DNA from: Catajapyx aquilonaris | Lineage: Eukaryota | Length of the DNA: 53,782 bases | Direction of reading: 5' to 3' | Assembly (NCBI GenBank): GCA_000934665.2 | Contig: KZ538693.1 | Coordinates: forward strand, 1-53,782 | Shown: positions 35,682 to 48,836 of the stretch, in pieces | How positions within the stretch are numbered: position 1 is the stretch's first letter | Layout of the letters: each line of letters starts with the position of its first letter | The notes under the pieces: model-generated | What the model saw: the letters and a program-made list of their open reading frames with translations, nothing else | Databases searched by the model: none | Told to the model about the DNA's origin: nothing | Translations under genes and position numbers: made by a program

Positions 35682-37151
35682 CACCCCCCCCCCCCCATTA
35701 AAATGACCCATAAATTTTTTTGACAGGCCCCAAAAAGGTCAATTGTCAAGCCCTTCTTGAGGTAGCGCTGGACGAAGGGCAAAAGCAGGGCTCCTTAAAT
35801 CGAAGTCAAATGACATTTGATTTTGCAAAATTATATGAAGTCTTTTTTTTTAAATCCTCTGCCACAAAAATCCCTTTCCACTTATTTTGTTTTTTCTGAA
35901 AATCGCGAGTAACAAGCAAACCCGAGCAAACCCAGCATATTTGACAACCAAACCCAACCAGTACAGAACTGATGTAAACGAGGAAATTGCCGATGGGTAG
36001 ACATGAATATGCAGCATGACACATTCAAGTTGGGACATTTTAAAGTCTCTAGGCAGTCTACGGAAGCTATGTCTCAAAAGGGAAGGTTAAACTCCATATG
36101 ATATACAGGGAGTAGTGGGCATGTTGCCCTCAATGCCATGCTGGCGGACCTGCATACGTATCCTGGACGGCCGATTCCATCGATGTGCCGTCTCTAGAGA
36201 TACTAACTTACGTATCTTTATCTCAGTCAAACTTTGGGAGTTGAGGCAGCGCCGGATTTACCCCNCCCCCCCCCCCCCCCAGCATGGCGCATATACTGTA
36301 AGATGTCAGTTATGGCCGCCCGAAGGGCAACTACCTTTTCTGCCTGTATAGTGGTAAATCAAGCAATCAAAAATGTTCTTTTCTTGGTGATCTCGCCTTT
36401 ATTTCCTATTCTTGTATTTGAGAAATATTTATTGCACTATACACCCTGTATAGTTCACCAGATATCCGAATATATCTCATTCCGGCCAAGGTACTTTTTC
36501 CGCGAAATAATAATAACCTATCTGCAACTCACTGCGAGAAAACGCTTATACCCACATGGGTCGAAATATCACGCACGTCACCGAAGTCAACTTGACATCA
36601 CTTCCCGACTGCGAGTACACCCGGCAAATAAACCAATAAAAATCGCACTACTGTCACAGTGACAGCTGACACCCCGGAACCTTTTTTTTTTGGCATTAAC
36701 CTGAAATTTTATTTGTATGGATTCGATTATAAGTATCTGATATCACCGTCAAAGCAGATAAAGCGAGGTGCGTTTCACCCAGCATAAATATGCAAAATAA
36801 CATAAGTTCGCAACACGGCAGATTTTGAGAATTTCACGCTCCATTTTCCAAAGTGATAAAGCGCATTTTTTTCAGATTTGCGCCCCGACAAATAATAGTC
36901 ATGCTTCAAGGTTATTCTGATCACAATCTAGCTGTACAATTTACTAATAAATAGTTGAACTAATAGTGGATTGTTAATTCTATTCATATAAATGGCAATG
37001 CTCTACACACGTAACAGCTCATTTAAAAAATTGTCACATACGCACTAGAAGTACATTCAAGTTAAACATGCGACGTTTTCAAAACTCCCCCTCAGAACAT
37101 AACGGTGGTGAAACAGCAGGTGTCCATGAAAGAAACAGCTAGGTCGCTCAC

Positions 37152-37362
37152 CTTTAGGCCATCGGCGGTCATCCTCGGAGACCAAATCTACCCCTGCAAA
37201 CAGCTTCTGTCGAAACTCCTCCAGATTATCGGCGTCCGGCATACGAGCCGACATCCCAGATATGACAATGTCGTGGCAATGGCCATTCACTCCTTTCCCA
37301 TTACACACCATCGGAATGTTGTCCACGGTCGGCCCTTGAAGCTCGGGAGGTTTGGCAGACAT
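37152..37362 (-). CDS. FASN: FASN coding exon 1 (KS N-terminus)
   Basis: MSAKPP...DIVISGMSARMPDADNLEEFRQKLFAGVDLVSEDDRRWPKG; donor AAAG|GTGAG. Confidence 0.88.
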
Positions 37363-38699
37363 CCTACTCTGGTTTCCAAAAACCTGGAAAGTGGCATCCG
37401 GCTCTCTGAATTATGGCAACAGTGGGCACAATTGCTGGTTTTGGGTCGGAGGGGGGAAACCCAATCTTTTGTCTACCCAACTGGAATCGATGGTCCCTTG
37501 GGGAAGGTCGAGGGACGCACACTGACATAGTCATCCACCGGTAAGTCTGCCAGGTATGATATTGATTACTACTATTAGAAAGGAGACAAGGTGTGTGTCT
37601 ATTGTTATATGCTTATTTAATCAACCGACTGGAACGTGTCTTTCCAGCTGCTGAACTTGGTTTTATGCGGAACAGGTGAAGGCGGCGGTACCATCTTCAT
37701 ATGAGATATGATCAAAATGCCTTTGAGTTAGTTACCAATAACTACGTGGTAATGAGCATATTTTAATGACAATTAATACTTTTCCATGTACCGCCGTAAT
37801 TGCGACCTAGTGGCAAGCTATATAGGTTATTGGTGCGATCTTTACCGGGTTTCGAACAGTTGTTTTACGTAATCAGCTTTCCTGTGCATGAATAATGCAC
37901 CTTGCAGTACAGTATACAGTAGCCTACTCCCTACAGTGTAGGTTCGCACTTAAACAACAGCGTTTCACAATACAGGTTTACTATATATGTTAGTGTATTT
38001 GCGTTTGAATAGTACTGGATTTAGCAAGACACCTATTTCCAATCATTAACATTTCATAATAACAATTGTAATATAATTAGTTAATTACGATTATATTGCA
38101 ATATTTACCTTATAACCTCGTTCCGTCTGCTAGGGTGAACCACAGTTTTCCGGAAATCAAATTGCATTTAAAACTTTGAAAAAATTATTGTAGCGGGCAG
38201 GTTGAATTATGCATTTCCCAATGAAATCATCCATAGTGCCTAAAGCTGCTGGATAACATACAAATGCTGGCCATTGCATGTCTCACATTTTACTCCCGAG
38301 ATATAGGGCTACTTGTACGTAAATCTTTTGCGTCTGTACTGATACAAACAGCGGCATATTCTTCAGGGAGAAAAAAGGTCAAATGTTTTCCCAACCTGTT
38401 GGGATGACAACAGTACAATGTGAACCACTACTCGTGCATTCACGCGATTATCGGCGTCTCTAGTAATAATTTATGAGCAGTAGCACTGTGAACACTCATT
38501 TCCACATACCGGTACCAAGAAATCAATTGAACACCATTTGGAAGCCAGATACAACAACAAACCATTACCGCAAAACTGTTAACATACCCACCTTCCAACT
38601 GGACACCCTGGAATCCTCCACTCCGATTCTGTTCCAGAACCAGAAGAAGGGGCACCCAACCGGACTTATAAGCCCGGCAAAAGTGGCATGATACGGTCT

Positions 38700-38915
38700 T
38701 CTCCGCCAATCCGGTGGCCACGGCGCAAGTCTCTGCGCGCTACCAGATGACGTCAACTGTTCCCCACTTCCCCACCGCCCGGTGACGCCTCAGGTGACAC
38801 ACCACAGACCACCCCTTGATACTAACCTGTCAATCGATGTGGCTCTTATTTTTAAACTCAGGTTACTCACCTGTGGAGACACTTCATTTCGACCTTGAAT
38901 GTTCGAGGACCAACG
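38700..38915 (-). promoter_or_regulatory. Candidate FASN promoter / non-coding first exon region
   Basis: Strong - strand donor CAG|GTGAGTAA at 38871/38870; nearby palindromic CRE TGACGTCA (38748-38755) and CCAAT (38706-38710); locally CpG-richer. Confidence 0.4.
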
Positions 38916-39312
38916 GAAGTTCCATAATTACGCCTTTTTTTTGGTGCAAGTAGGGAGGATGAATGGGGTAGGATATAATATGTCCACCTCAATTGGGTCT
39001 TTCATGGTCTGTGTGAAGCCCTATTAGCTACGGTTCCTCCACCACCTCCTCTTTCTGCCGCCTGTTATTTTCTTTCTTTCGGTCTTTACGCTTCAAAGGA
39101 ATAAGGTTGTCACATGTGCGCCTTCAAGACATGTCACTTAGGGAGATGGGGGTCAATTTAAAGGAATGGCATTTGAAAATATATTTCTTCTTGTAAAGTG
39201 ATACCTTGTGACGTCTTACACCCTGACTCATTGTATCGTATTTAATCATTTAAACTTTAAAGGGACCAAACCATGTGGCATGATTAGAGGCACACCCTGA
39301 GCTGAACTAGTC

Positions 39313-39379
<67 letters not shown>

Positions 39380-39640
39380 GCTTACAGGTAGATTTTTGCT
39401 GGGTATAACAGAGCCAGGGATCAAATGATGCCTGGGGGAAAAAATGCTGACCTTTTTCGTAAAGTTCTGAAGAAATACCATTTACATCATGACCCTGACG
39501 GAGTGGAGAGTGACCAAGCTCATAGGACGGGGGGGGGGGCAAGATGTTCTCAAGGACATAGCCTATAACATAATTATTGTCAAGCTCCTGCGCTATGGGG
39601 ACAAAATCTTTCATAATGAAAAAAACTTACAGGGTCACAA

Positions 39641-39808
39641 TTATGTGGATAGAGTTTCGATGGGTTCTCTCCGTGTTCGCGTGGGTTTTCTCGGGGTTCT
39701 CCCGTTTCCTCCCACTATCAAAATCCATCACATTTCAGGCAAATGATTAAAGTCGGTAATTCAAAAGATGATCCCCTAAGAGGCCCAAGGGGCCTATCAC
39801 GGGGTATC

Positions 39809-39871
<63 letters not shown>

Positions 39872-40175
39872 GTGGATAGAGTTACAATGGGTTCTCTCCA
39901 TGTTCGCGTGGGTTTTCTCGGGGTTCTCCCGTTTCCTCCCACTATCAAAATCCATCATAGCAAAGGCAATGATTAAAGTCGGTTAATTAAAAAGATGATC
40001 CCCTAAAGAGCCCAAGGAGGCTTATCACGGGGTATCCATTATTAAACTAATAGGCCACAGCCGCCTCCTTCCTTTCCTATCCTATCCCCCAAAAAAGCGC
40101 AGTAAAAACGAAACCAAGAGTTCCAGTCAAAAAAAATCCCCCCCTAAAGAGCCGCCGGCTGATAACGGGGTATGA

Positions 40176-40232
<57 letters not shown>

Positions 40233-40248
40233 GTTGTTGTTGTTATTA
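39641..40248 (+). mobile_element. Chain of three 5'-truncated SINE fragments (two family B, one family C)
   Basis: TATGTGGATAGAGTT... unit starts at ~39641 and ~39868, separated by (TTA)n; 40022 onward matches the 3' half of 48546-48832. Confidence 0.85.
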
Positions 40249-40279
40249 GTCCAAATTGTTGCCCCCCCCCCCCCCCTTT

Positions 40280-41060
40280 GGAGCCAACTATAATTTACTC
40301 ATTGGATGATATTTCGGAAGAAACAAACCCAATTAAAACAGCTTCTCTCATCCAAGATAAAATAGCTGATATTTTAACTGAATATGAATTTATAGTTAAT
40401 TCTACATGCTAGTATACTACTGGGAAATGGGAAACAAAACAAGGTAAAGAGAAATCCCCCTGGTATGATGATGTACCGTTCTAAAAGAGAAATAAAGCTT
40501 ATGATTGTTATACGAAATCTAAGGAGATGGAACAAAGCAGGTCTCTGTTGGAAGATAGGCACAAGTAACACTCTCCAATAAGATATACCATAAACTATTA
40601 ATTGCGAAACAATGAAAATACTATAAGATGACTTTCAAAAAATTATTACTAATACAGTCTGCAAATTCATCTCAATTTTATGAGATTATAATAAATCAAT
40701 ACTGAAAGACAAGAAAACCAAATCGTTATACAAAGCGATATTTTGATAAAATATTTGCATGATATTCAAACACAACTTCACATAATTTACTGACTTGCCA
40801 TGGCATTCCATTTATTGGCTCGATGACCCAATAACAGATGCAGAATTATGCAACTCTACATTAAGGCTAAAAACAAAAGTAACTTGGACGTGACTTGATA
40901 CCTAATGAGATTTTAAATTTAAGCTGTATGAATACAATTCTTTTGAAAACTTTAAACAACTTAAATGTAGGTGAATTCCCAGCAGAGTGGATGAAACTCA
41001 AGGTCATTCCCATTTATAAGAAAGGAGAGCCTCTAGACCTCAAAAATTTCAGCTGTGTTG
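40280..41060 (+). pseudogene. Decayed non-LTR retrotransposon ORF2 fragment (region preceding RT)
   Basis: LDDPITDAEL...IPNEIL...GEFPAEWMKLKVIPIYKKGEPLDLKNF with frameshifts and stops; the left boundary is approximate. Confidence 0.65.
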
Positions 41061-41846
41061 CTGGAACTAATTTACCAGTGTAAAACAGATACCACCTTTA
41101 CTCAGCCATGATGTATAATAGTAGTACTGATCTGGCACCCCTCACCGAAGTCACACTCTGCCAGAAAAATCCTTCCTGTACAATCGCAAGCATAAAGATA
41201 TGGATGGTTGTACTCCCCTTGCTAGTAGAGGAGCAGCCAGTATCATCATTACACAGACAGCACATCATAGACTAGTAGGCCTACCCTGGTGCTGTTGGTG
41301 AGGGGCGGAGGTCATGCAAGAAGCCCCTGGGCCGAGATTGACCTCTGGTCTACCACATCCACATCTTTATGTTCGAAACTGTACCTTCTGGTGTGACAAG
41401 CAACCATGACTACACTGACAGCAGACCAGTCCACAAGCAGACCACCACCATGCAAAAAACATGGTGCAACCCACCCATACTCAACCAACTGCAACCTATG
41501 CAATCAAAAAAATCCAACTCCTCTAAACTGTACGTACCCCCGCGAGCGTAAAGATGGAGACGGCAGGCCCTTTTTTGACCTTTCTTTATCCGACTCAAAT
41601 TAATTAACTATTTTTGGACTGAGTTAGCTGCTTCAAGCGTGTGTTCGTGTATGTACGACAGTATATTTGATACCGCAATTGCTGAGATTGGCCGAGCAGC
41701 CTGCCGAAGGTGAGGGCCTGCCATCTCCTTCTTTATGATCGTGGGTGTACATTCACGGGACACTGGACACCACTTCACTGGCAGAAATTGGTAAAACAAC
41801 TAACCCCAAAAGCTATGTTGCCTTTGTAAGATATGACCTCCTAAGG

Positions 41847-42500
41847 CAGGGGTATTCAACTAGTTTATGACAAGGTCCAGTATTTACCTTCCCTGCGCCA
41901 TTGAAGGTCCGGACCCCCTCCCCCGCCCCCTCCCAGGGTAAAGATATGAATTTTACATGGTACCACAGATTTCATTTTTGAAAACAGAAACATGTGCACA
42001 AGGGTAGAAGGGCCTATCAAGACAGGACATACGTATTAATGCATTTTCGGCATTTATGATGTCCTGTACAGGCGCGTAGGCAGATAGTATTTCGGAGGGG
42101 GGACCATTTCATAAGCACAAGGTGAACAAGCCGTAAAGGGGGGGGGGGGGGGGTAGGAGGAAGCCCGCCGCATTTTTTGGGGGGTTCAAGGTTACACGAG
42201 CTTAGGTGAGTGTGGGAGATTTGAATTGGTATGTATTTGCTGAAATTTGTAGCACTTTTTCCAAAAAAAATCATGAATTAATAATTTCTTATGCGATTTC
42301 AAACCATTTATAAGAAAGGAGAGCCTCTAGACCTCAAAAATTTCAGCTGTGTTGCTGGCACTAATTTACCAGTGTAAAACAGATACCACCTTTACTCAGC
42401 CATGATGTATAATAGTAGTACTGATCTGGCACCCCTCACCGAAGTCACACTCTGCGGTCCGGACAAAATTGCCTCGCGGTCCGCCAGTTGAATACCCCTG
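41847..42500. mobile_element. hAT-type MITE carrying a copy of nearby DNA
   Basis: CAGGGGTATTCAACT...AGTTGAATACCCCTG with perfect 8-bp TSD TCCTAAGG. Confidence 0.92.
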
Positions 42501-42532
42501 TCCTAAGGTCATCACTCCTGACCCGCAGACAG

Positions 42533-42890
42533 AAGCAGTAGTGGTGGAGTGGATATGGTGTCCGACTGCTAATCGGGAGGTCCTGGGTTCGAGTCCCAGA
42601 GGCCGGCGATACTGACCTTGGTTTTCTGTGGTTTTCCAAGGTCGGCCCAGGAAAATTCCAGGATCGTACTGTAAAATAGGCCACAGCTGCTTCCTTCCTT
42701 TACCTGCCCTGGAGGAGGTGCGGTGTCGGTGGGGGTTTCTGGCCCACGCCTAGGGGAATGTCTCAAGCTTGGCCCCCTGAGGGACTGCACACGGCCCACA
42801 CCACAAGAAAACGCACTGCACCACTGTCCCTCCCTCTTTATCCCTTCCCTGTCCCCCGCACCGGAGAGAAAGAAAAAACATGCGGAAGTA
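42533..42890 (+). mobile_element. tRNA-derived SINE, family C (possibly chimeric 3' half)
   Basis: TGGTGGAGTGG A-box, GGTTCGAGTCC B-box; body shared with 48546-48832, 3' part resembles the 53430-53650 SINE. Confidence 0.75.
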
Positions 42891-43803
42891 ATTTCGCATA
42901 GAAAATGGAGGCGATCTCCTCCTCCCCCCCCCCNCCCCCCACATTGACCACTAGGTCTCAAGGGGGTACCAAAAGAAATAAATAAATAAATCACTCCTGA
43001 CTTGCAGTCATTCAGGATCGTGGTCCAATAATACACAGGTTAGTGGCTAGAAGCAATCCATTTACAGTATAGACTTGCCTTAATCCAGGCTGTCAAAAAG
43101 TCACCCCCCTGGACCATACAGTGGGGGACGTCACACTTTATATTAATAAAATTCAATATTTATGGCAGCTCCTTTCTCTTTCTGTAGCTGGTGAACTTTC
43201 CAATATGATTTTCATCTTGGTCCACCTGCTAAAACAGACATTATAAATCATCTCATACATTTCTTCAGATAACTGATAATTTATTCCCCATAGTAACATC
43301 TCCACCTTGACTTAATGATGAGGCTTGCATACTCTTACAACAATGAAAGCTATGCCAGTAGTCTCTCTTAACTACTGGTAGGTTATCCCAAGACAGACTG
43401 GACTTAGTGGGTACAAGCCGCCTTCTTTTCCCTTCGTCCTCTTTCCTTTCTCAGTAACACTTTCCTTTTACCCTTGCAGTATTAGTTGTCTTGACTTCTT
43501 CCAACTCAGGAAGTTAGGATGATTTTATTAACACATCATGTCACCCATAAGGGCCACTGCCAAATCGATCACTCCTGTACGTCAAAAATGATTTTTAACT
43601 GCGTCTTGAGTAATGAAAGGCTAAATTATACTCGCACATCCTTAGCAAACTTATGCTAAGGCCAGTCATGTACTATGAAAAAGTCTTCTGTACTATATAG
43701 TACACACTATAAAAATACCAATTAATACATTTCTTACCGGTATTACAACCAAGATATACTAATTAATGGTGTAACTGAGATTATTGCAGAGCTCTCAGTA
43801 TCT

Positions 43804-44005
43804 CTATGCATATAAACTGCTTTCTGAAATGGACATGGCACTGATGGCAGCTCCAACTGCTGAATCGCCACCTTCCTCAAATACAACTGGCAATCCATAC
43901 ATATCTTTTACTAGTTGTTGCAGAACAACATTGCGCAAGAGAGCTGAACCACAACCTACAATTTTTTTGATATGTGCTACCTCCAGAACAGACCGAGGCA
44001 TCATG
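43804..44005 (-). CDS. SHPK: Sedoheptulokinase last coding exon
   Basis: SMMP...IVGCGSALLRNVVLQQ...GDSAVGAA (FGGY-kinase C-terminus), then stop. Confidence 0.9.
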
Positions 44006-44066
44006 CTGAAAAAAATTAATAATAATGTAACAATCACACAACAATATAATAAATATTATCACTCAC

Positions 44067-44262
44067 CTGTGCAGATTATCAATAATGCCTTGACAAAGTG
44101 ATCTAAAGACTTTCCCTAAAGCTGTGTTATCCATGTGAATGTTGTTCACAGAAGCTCCATTGCGTACAGCATGTCTCTCACTGAATAAAGTTGGGATAAT
44201 CTCTAAATTTGATGCTCCTGTATCCTCACCTCCAGCAGCTATAAGACGTTTCCAAATCTGAT
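44067..44262 (-). CDS. SHPK: Sedoheptulokinase penultimate exon
   Basis: LEIIPTLFSERH...LGKVFRSLCQGIIDNLH; phase matches the 52069 donor. Confidence 0.9.
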
Positions 44263-44529
44263 CTGCAAGACAACACATGTGCTCAGGTCTTTTCGAATTC
44301 TGGGAGTACAATACTATCAATAACATATTGTTAAAGTCGATTAGGAGGGACACACACAGCGCAGGCCAGTGAGAAACTGAGCATTTTCATACAAAAACAC
44401 AGACAAAATTAATTCTATAGTATATCCTGCATGTTTTGATCCATATGATAATTAATGTGTCAGTACATGCCAGCCACTCCATTAAACCATTTCATGTATA
44501 CAGAAAGGAGCAAAATGTGTCAACTCCCT

Positions 44530-46231
44530 GGGTCATTCCATCACAATTCTGTAAATTTTCTGGAAAGTTGTGGCTCGACCCCTTCCGATTTAACTGGAAA
44601 AAAATCAGGTATGTAGGGATCCACATCTTATTGCGAAATCCTAAATTTGAGGCCGCTGGAGTCAAATCTCACGGAGATATAACAATGGAAAGTTCAACAA
44701 TGACATCCATGTAAAGTATTTTTATTAACTGTTCAGACTGTTCTCCCAACACCAACATGTTATATATCAAATGGAAGGTAATGCAGAAAGGGATAACGTG
44801 GTTACAAAATATACGACATAACTCGACCAACGACGTCGAAAATAATTCGCACATATTTGTCCAAATCACTCTATATTCCTGATAGCCGTAACTCATAACA
44901 TTATGATTTTAACAAAGTGATATTTAGGATACAGGGCAATCACCTTTGCCTAAATGCACATGAAAAACTTCATTGTGATAGGTCACGCAGGGTTGGAAAT
45001 AAAAAATCACGAAAATATGAATTACCGCATTTTGCCGATTTTCGAGCTCAAATTTCTCGATGTGGGACTGGACCGATTTTGACTTTTGGTATGTCAATAG
45101 ATTCCTTGCATCATCCACTATTCTTAAATGCATGAACGATTCTTTAGCCGTGAGCGATAATTGATCGGCGAATTTTCAAACGTACGGGTGCATAAGGAGG
45201 TGCCTGGAATCATTTCCTATATGTTTATACGATGCCTTATGCACCCGTACGTTTGAAAATTCGCCGATCAATTATTATCGCTCACAGGTAAAGTATGGTT
45301 CATGCATTTCTGAACCGGGGATAAGCCAAGGAATTTATTGACATACCAAAGTCATATTGGTCCAGTCCCACCTCGAGAAATTTGAGGTCGAAAATCGGAG
45401 AAATGAGGTGATACATATTTTCGGGATTTTTTAAATTTCCAGCCCTTGCGTGACCTATCACAATGAAGTTTTGCATGTACATTTAGTCACGGTGATTGCC
45501 CTATATCACACATACCACTTTGTTAAAATCATTATTTTATGAATTACAGCTATCGGGAATATATAGTGATTTACACTTGTACTTTTGAAAATTCGCCGAT
45601 CAATTATCGCTCACGGGTAAAGAATCATTCATGCATTTAAGAATAGCGGATGATGCAAGGAATCTATTGACATACCAAAAGTCAAAATCGGTCCAGTCCT
45701 ACCTCGAGAAATTTGAGCTCGAAAATCGGCAAAATGCGGTAATTCATATTTTCGTGATTTTTTATTTCCAACCCTGCGTGACCTATCACAATGAAGTTTT
45801 TCATGTGCATTTAGGCAAAGGTGATTGCCCTCTATCCTAAATATCACTTTGTTAAAATCATCATTATGTTATGAGTTACGGCTATCGGGAATATAGAGTG
45901 ATTTGGACAAATATGTGCGATTTATTTTCGACGTCGTTGGTCGAGTTATGTCGTATATTTTGTAACCATGTTATCCCTTTCTGCATTACCTTCCATTTGA
46001 TATATAACATGTTGGTGTTGGGAGAACAGTCTGAACAGTTAATAAAAATATTTTACATGGACGTCATTGTTGAACTTTCCATTGTTATATCTCCGTGAGA
46101 TTTGACTCCAGCGCAGCGGCCTCAAATTTAGGCTTTCGCAATAAGATGTGGATCCCTACCTACCTGATTTTTATCAGTTAAATCGGAAGGGGTGGGGCTA
46201 CCACCATTTACAGGATTGACATGGAATGACC
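44530..46231. mobile_element. 1.7-kb foldback element with ~650-bp arms and internal rearrangement
   Basis: GGGTCATTCCAT...ATGGAATGACC termini; mirror-image ORFs in the track (44669-44896/45871-46098 and 44917-45135/45629-45847). Confidence 0.88.
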
Positions 46232-47789
46232 ACCCTTTCAAACTTACTTTTCTTGTGATACAACAAAATTACCGGTACTCTAGTTGATTTTGGCGATTTC
46301 AGCTTCTTTACCAAGATCATTGCTTGTTAAGGGTAGTTTCATCCCACACATCAGATACAGCCCAAGTGGTTGGAGGGGACACTTGATATGTCAGATGAAC
46401 CTATGCATGTGACAAAATTACACGTGTCGTACCCCCAAATTTTCACCACCATAAATATTATTTTGCTGTTGTGTTGCCTTCCATGAAGCAAGCGTCATGT
46501 ATGACATTAACAGAAGCATGTAACTAAAACATTTTATTTTATTTTGTTATTTGATTTGTTACCTTATTTTCTTTTATGTAAATTTTTGGACCGAATAATA
46601 ATTTGGTTTATTCCTTGTACTGTACTTCTAGTCCAGTTTAACTAGTTTGTCTTTAACCATTTTTCAACTTGTCAAGTTTCTCACTAAGAAGTGAGGTTCT
46701 GACAAATTAGTGCCATGACCAGGATTAATTAACAATGTCAAGTAGTTGCACAGTACAGTACAATGAAGCAATGGATGTAGTGCAATGCAACGTCCCTTAT
46801 ATTTATTTTAATGTCAAGAATTGAGTGCCAGTGAACTGTGAACACTCTGTGAGGCTGTGATCCCCCCAGAGTTAGGTGCAAGTTGTAATGGCCCCCTTGA
46901 ATAGGAGGTATCTTTAAAATGAGTGCCTTGCTAAGTCAGTACAGGAGGGAAGTCAATTTAAATTTCCTGTTAGGAGTAGCCTAGATTGAGCTAGTTAGGG
47001 TAACACTTGATGATCCGCGATGGTACTGTACATTCGGGGGGTTGATAGCACTCTCAATAATGTAGACTATTAATAAGTGTCAAGGGTATCTGACAAGAAC
47101 CAGACCAATCAGTCAATGATTTCGTGACGGTTATGAGACGTATGCAGAATGATTATTTTGAAAGCTTGTGTGGATGCTCCGAAAGAGAAGGACGAAGCAG
47201 ACGGTTGATGTGCTAATCTTGTCCCACCTTGTTCCGGGACTTATGTCCTAGAAAACACATCACAGCTGAGTACACCTACACTAAAACCAATCATGGTGAT
47301 ACCAACACCGAAATTGCCTGTGGCACGCACAGACGGTATCACAACAAGTCCAGCCCTCGCAGTTAGGTGCGCCAGTTCTGTACCCACCTCTGACACAATA
47401 CTGTATTTGCCTGGTCCGAATGTTCAGAGGATACAAATGCAGTAAAAAAGCTGGTGTGTATCATACAACCAAAGGTCAATGTCGATGTTGATACACAACC
47501 TAAACAAACTAATGCAAGACCCCTGCAGAAATACGCTCCTCCCATAATGGCAATGGCTCAGTCACGCACTCGCTGATAGAAATATCCGGTAATGCTCCAT
47601 TATTGCCCCAATAATCACCGTACGCATCCAGCGTCTCCATCCAATGAAAGTGCAAGTGAAAATAGTTTTTTTCCTCTTTGATTTTCTAATCCTGTTCTTT
47701 TATCTCCTCCACTTTTTAAAATTATTTACTATTCAGTCCAATAACTGTAGGACTAATATTCAAGTAACGTGTATAGGAGCAGTTATGAC

Positions 47790-48789
47790 TAGAGTCCGGA
47801 TTTTTAGGCAAATGCCTTTAGTTCCTTTTAACAGTTGGGATGGTGTTGTGAATAGATCTATCCGTTTCATGAGTGCAGGATGTGGAAAATGTAGGTTTTA
47901 TAGTGCCTGAAATGGCCTATTTCGTGGTTTTGGGAACTATTTTGCCTATTCTGGTTCTTTCCGACTTTTCATGCTATTTGGCATTTTTTGGAATAGTTTT
48001 TCAACTTTTTGAAGCTATTTCAGGACTTTTTGGGCCTATTTCTTCAGAGACATGTTTGGTTTTTTTGAGGAGTATTTTTTGTGCTGCTGAAAGGACCAAA
48101 ATCTTTCAGGAGTACTACGAATCAAGTTTCTGTGAAGCCTATGCCAAATATTTTTCTAAAATTTCCCCTGATTGTTCCAAACATATAGCAAAATATAGGA
48201 AAAAATATTTGGCAACATATTGTGCAAGTGGAAACTGGCTCTAAGCGGTAAAGTCCAGAGCAAGTAATACTTGCACTTTATGTCTTTTTCCCAAGTTTCG
48301 TGATTTCCTGTCAATTTATAATAATTATATTGTTATGCGGTTTTTGCTATGGCTTGTGACCTAATGTTTATAATTATTATAAAATGGCTCAAATGGCCAC
48401 AAAAATTTTACTTTTTTGGGAGTATGGAGGATAATATTACAGAACATCAAAAACTAGAATAATTTTTTAGGCCTAAAGTAAATTGTTTACTTTAGGCCTA
48501 AAAAATTATTCTAGATTTTTATGTTCTGTAATATTATCCTCCATTTTATCCACTGCTAATCGGGAGGTCCTGGGTTCGAATCCCGGCAACTCTAACCGTG
48601 GTTTTCTGTGGTTTCCCACGGTTCCTCCAGGAGAATTCCGGAGTTGTTTCCTAAACTAATAGGCCACAGCCGCCTCCTTCCTTTCCTATCCTATCCCAAA
48701 AAGCGCAGTAAAAACAAAACGAAGAGTTCCAGTCAAAACAAAAAATATCCCCCCTAAAGAGCCGCCGGCTGATAACGGGGTATGAATTA

Positions 48790-48836
<47 letters not shown>

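Larger units (their letters stand above)
10708..37362 (-). other. FASN: Type I fatty acid synthase gene span (21 coding exons, ~2406 aa; KS-MAT-DH-pseudoME-ER-KR-ACP-TE)
   Basis: Exons joined by GT-AG introns in consistent phase sum to 7221 nt (divisible by 3). Motifs: KS DTACSS / EAHGTGT / KSNMGHSE; MAT GHSVG and [40 protein letters not shown] and GQANYG; ACP LGLDSLM; TE GYSYG and GDHHSF. Confidence 0.96.

Noticed and set aside
10708..37362. Polyketide synthase or catalytically altered FAS
   Set aside because: Domain order, length and all catalytic motifs fit a canonical animal FAS. Paralog identity (e.g. cuticular-hydrocarbon FAS) cannot be judged without a phylogeny.
39246..39976. ORFs with poly-Leu, poly-Tyr or poly-Ile tracts (also 9886-10398 and 53093-53394)
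   Set aside because: Translations of (TTA/TAA)n microsatellites and SINE tails.
44669..46098. Apparent duplicated small genes on opposite strands
   Set aside because: Mirror ORFs produced by the arms of a foldback element.
46850..47450. Possible highly decayed piggyBac-like transposase remnant (GVD-like motif, Cys-rich tail)
   Set aside because: Too fragmentary to support by eye; needs a translated HMM search.
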